Shown in pieces: positions 61,353 to 64,000 of a DNA stretch of 64,000 bases. Every line of letters begins with the position of its first letter. Position 1 is the first letter of the stretch. A program made the translations under genes and the position numbers. The stretch comes from Acidobacteriota bacterium (lineage in GTDB: Bacteria > Acidobacteriota > Thermoanaerobaculia > Gp7-AA8). Location of the stretch: NCBI GenBank assembly GCA_019244185.1, contig JAFATB010000022.1:32001-96000 (forward strand). The letters are read 5' to 3'. Below the pieces are notes generated by a model. That model made no database searches. It was not told where the DNA came from and worked only from the letters and a program-made list of their open reading frames with translations.

Positions 61353-62741
61353 ATGAGTACTCCCGACGGGAACTTTCAGAGATTCCTGCAGGCGGCACCC
61401 GACGCAATCGTAGTGGTCGATGGTCGCGGTGTGATCGTCGGGACGAACGCGCTGACCGAGGAGATGTTCGGCTACGGGGCGGAAGAACTCCTCGGGCAGC
61501 GGGTGGAGTTGCTGATCCCGCAGCGCTTCCGCCAGGGTCACGAGCACGAACGCGATGCGTATGCGGCGGCGCCGCGCACGCGCCCGATGGGACTCGATCG
61601 CGAGTTGTGGGGACGGCGGAAGTCGGGACAGGAGTTTCTCGTCCAGATCAGCCTCAGTCCGATCGAGTCGGGCGGCGAGACGCTGGTGACGAGCATCATC
61701 CGCGACGTCACGACGCAGCGCGCGGCGGAAGCGCGTTTCCGGGCTCTGCTCGAATCCGCGCCGGACGGCATCGTCGTCGTCGACTCCTACGGCACGATCG
61801 TCATCGTCAACTCGCAGACCGAGCGGCTCTTCGGCTACACGCGTCAGGAACTCGTCGGCCAGCCGATCGAATTGCTCGTGCCCGAACGCGCGCGCGAGCG
61901 GCACACCGGCGAACGCGTCGCCTACGCGGCGGATCCCCGGCTGCGTCCGATGGGCGCGGGACGCGCGCTGAGCGGCCGCACGAAAGACGGGCGCGAGTTC
62001 CCGGTCGAGATCAGCCTCAGTCCGCTCGTCACCGATCAGGGCCGCATGGTGATGAGCATCGTGCGCGACATCACCGAGCGCCGGCATGCCGAGGAGACCA
62101 TCCGGGCGTCGCTGCGCGAGAAAGAAGCGATGCTCCGCGAGATCCATCATCGCGTGAAAAACAACCTGCAGGTCACCTCCAGCCTGCTGCGTCTTCAGGC
62201 CTCCGCCATCGACGATTCCGCGACGCGCCAGATCTTCGAAGAGACGGAGAACCGCATTCGCTCGATGGCGCTCGTGCACGAGAAGCTGTACCAGTCGACC
62301 GATCTCTCGCGCATCGATTTCGCCGATTACATCCGCTCGCTCGGGCTGCTGCTCTTCAACGGCTCCGCGCTGAATCCGGAGAAGATCGTGCTGCGCGTCG
62401 CCGGACCGCCGATCTTCCTCAGCATCGACGACACGGCGGTGCCGTGCGGTCTCATCATCAACGAGCTGCTCTCGAACGCGCTCAAGCATGCGTTCCCCGG
62501 CGGCCGCGCGGGCGAGATCCGCGTCGAGCTGACGGACGGCGCGGACGGTTGGATTCATGTGGTCGTGCGCGACGACGGCGTCGGCCTGCCGCCGGATTTC
62601 GACATGAACAAGGCGGAGACGCTCGGCCTGCGCCTCGTGCAGGGTCTCGCGCAGCAGATCGACGGCCGCGTCGCCGTCGAGCGCGGGCAGCGCGGCGCGA
62701 CGTTCGTCTTCGCGTTTCCGCGGGAACGGGTCCGTACATGA
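61353..62741 (+). CDS. PAS-PAS HisKA_2-type sensor histidine kinase
   Basis: Two APD(A/G)IVVVD PAS domains; REIHHRVKNNLQ, NELLSNALKHAF, DDGVG, LGLRLV. Confidence 0.93.
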   Translation: MSTPDGNFQRFLQAAPDAIVVVDGRGVIVGTNALTEEMFGYGAEELLGQRVELLIPQRFRQGHEHERDAYAAAPRTRPMGLDRELWGRRKSGQEFLVQISLSPIESGGETLVTSIIRDVTTQRAAEARFRALLESAPDGIVVVDSYGTIVIVNSQTERLFGYTRQELVGQPIELLVPERARERHTGERVAYAADPRLRPMGAGRALSGRTKDGREFPVEISLSPLVTDQGRMVMSIVRDITERRHAEETIRASLREKEAMLREIHHRVKNNLQVTSSLLRLQASAIDDSATRQIFEETENRIRSMALVHEKLYQSTDLSRIDFADYIRSLGLLLFNGSALNPEKIVLRVAGPPIFLSIDDTAVPCGLIINELLSNALKHAFPGGRAGEIRVELTDGADGWIHVVVRDDGVGLPPDFDMNKAETLGLRLVQGLAQQIDGRVAVERGQRGATFVFAFPRERVRT

Positions 62742-64000
62742 CCGCGCGCATTCTCGTCGTCGAAGACGAGACGATCGTGGCGATGGATCTCGCCGCGACG
62801 TTGCGCCGCCTCGGCTACAGCGTCGTCGGCACGGTCGACAACGGGAGCGACGCGATCAATGCCGCGGCGGCGCTGCACCCCGACCTCGTGCTGATGGACA
62901 TCCGCATCAAGGGTCCGACGGACGGCATCGAGACCGCGCGGCTGCTGCACGGCGAACAGTCCGCGCCGGTCGTGTTTCTCACCGCGCACGCGGATGTCGA
63001 CACCGTCGAACGCTCGAAGCTCGCCGCGCCGTACGGCTATCTCGTCAAGCCGTTCGACGAGCGTGCGCTGCACCGCGTCGTGGAGGTCGCACTGCAACGC
63101 ATCGCCGCCGACCGCGCCGAGCGCGAGGAAGCCGCCGACGCGCTCTGGCACAGCGAGCAGCGCTTCCGCCTGCTCGTCGACGCGGTCAAGGACTTCGCGA
63201 TCTTTACACTCGATCCCAGCGGCCGCGTGGCGACGTGGAACGCCGGCGCCGAGCGGCTGACCGGCTACTCCGCGGAAGACGTCCTCGCCAAGCCGATCGA
63301 TCTCATCCGGCCGCGCGACGCCACGCCGCTGGCCGAGATCTTCCCGCGCGTGCACGAAGAGGGAAGCGCGGAATGGGACGGCACCGGCATCCGCAAAGAC
63401 GGCACGCGCTATCTCTTCCACGCGTACTGCACGACCATGAAGACGCGTAGCGGACAGACGCTCGGCTATGTCTTCGTCTCGCGCGACGTCACCGAGCAGC
63501 GCAGCCTCGAGGCGCAGCTCGCGCAGGCGCAGAAGCTCGAGTCCCTCGGCCATCTCGCCGGCGGCGTCGCGCACGACTTCAACAACATGCTGATGGTGAT
63601 CTTCTCGCGCACCGACCTGCTGCTGCGCGAGGTGACGGTCGAACGGCAGCGCCGCTATCTGGGCGACATCCGCGCCGCCGCGGCGAAGAACCGCGATCTC
63701 ACGCAGCAGCTACTCGCCGCCGCGCGCCAGCAGGTGCTCGAGCCACAGATCGTCAATATCAACGAGATCATCGCCTCCGCGGTCCGGCTGCTGCGGCCGA
63801 CGCTCGGCGAGCAACTCGACATCCACGTCGAGCTCGAGGAGCCGCTGTGGAGCGTCTACGCCGACGCCGGCAAGCTGCATCAGGTGCTGATGAACCTCTC
63901 CATCAACGCGCGCGATGCGATGCCGGACGGCGGCACGCTGATGATCGAGAGCCGCAACGTGCGCGTCGACGCGTCGTACTCGCGGCTGCACATCGGATTG
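62738..64000 (+). CDS. REC-PAS-HisKA-HATPase hybrid kinase (3' end outside window)
   Basis: Not in ORF track. ATGA overlap; MTARILVVEDE...DLVLMDIRI...YLVKPF, PAS, QKLESLGHLAGGVAHDFNN, NLSINARDAM. Confidence 0.92.
   Translation, partial: MTARILVVEDETIVAMDLAATLRRLGYSVVGTVDNGSDAINAAAALHPDLVLMDIRIKGPTDGIETARLLHGEQSAPVVFLTAHADVDTVERSKLAAPYGYLVKPFDERALHRVVEVALQRIAADRAEREEAADALWHSEQRFRLLVDAVKDFAIFTLDPSGRVATWNAGAERLTGYSAEDVLAKPIDLIRPRDATPLAEIFPRVHEEGSAEWDGTGIRKDGTRYLFHAYCTTMKTRSGQTLGYVFVSRDVTEQRSLEAQLAQAQKLESLGHLAGGVAHDFNNMLMVIFSRTDLLLREVTVERQRRYLGDIRAAAAKNRDLTQQLLAAARQQVLEPQIVNINEIIASAVRLLRPTLGEQLDIHVELEEPLWSVYADAGKLHQVLMNLSINARDAMPDGGTLMIESRNVRVDASYSRLHIGL

Overview
High-GC, gene-dense diderm bacterial DNA. 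TonB receptor, OmpA and IPTL-CTERM proteins are present; an Acidobacteriota-like source is my inference only. I support about 40 real CDSs and see no rRNA, tRNA, CRISPR or transposase; most long ORFs in the track are antisense or out-of-frame shadows. The main finding is a compact, divergently transcribed biosynthetic cluster at 29062-42452 that looks like a non-actinomycete aliphatic azoxy (N-N bond) pathway. Its left arm encodes VlmH-like amine N-hydroxylase, VlmO-like membrane protein, VlmB-like diiron enzyme, an APH/MtnK-like kinase, a FemAB-like GNAT and an SDR-hydrolase fusion. Its right arm encodes a single 1620-aa FAAL-ACP-aminotransferase-acyl-ACP-reductase protein (inferred fatty acid to fatty amine) and an MmgE/PrpD (VlmK-like) enzyme. 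Other content: a PspA/OmpA-SBP/ABC operon; a BlaI-M56-serine hydrolase module with a leaderless promoter and operator; two DUF11/IPTL-CTERM surface proteins, one an ExeM-like nuclease; two ABA4/DUF4281 paralogs; an ABC1 kinase facing two basic small proteins; a TonB-ABC-(A-T-TE)-patatin-SixA run; a BNR/VPS10 protein coupled to a deaminase-like gene; a 20 x 21-bp tandem array; and PAS histidine kinases. All family calls are by eye from motifs and recollection; no searches were run.
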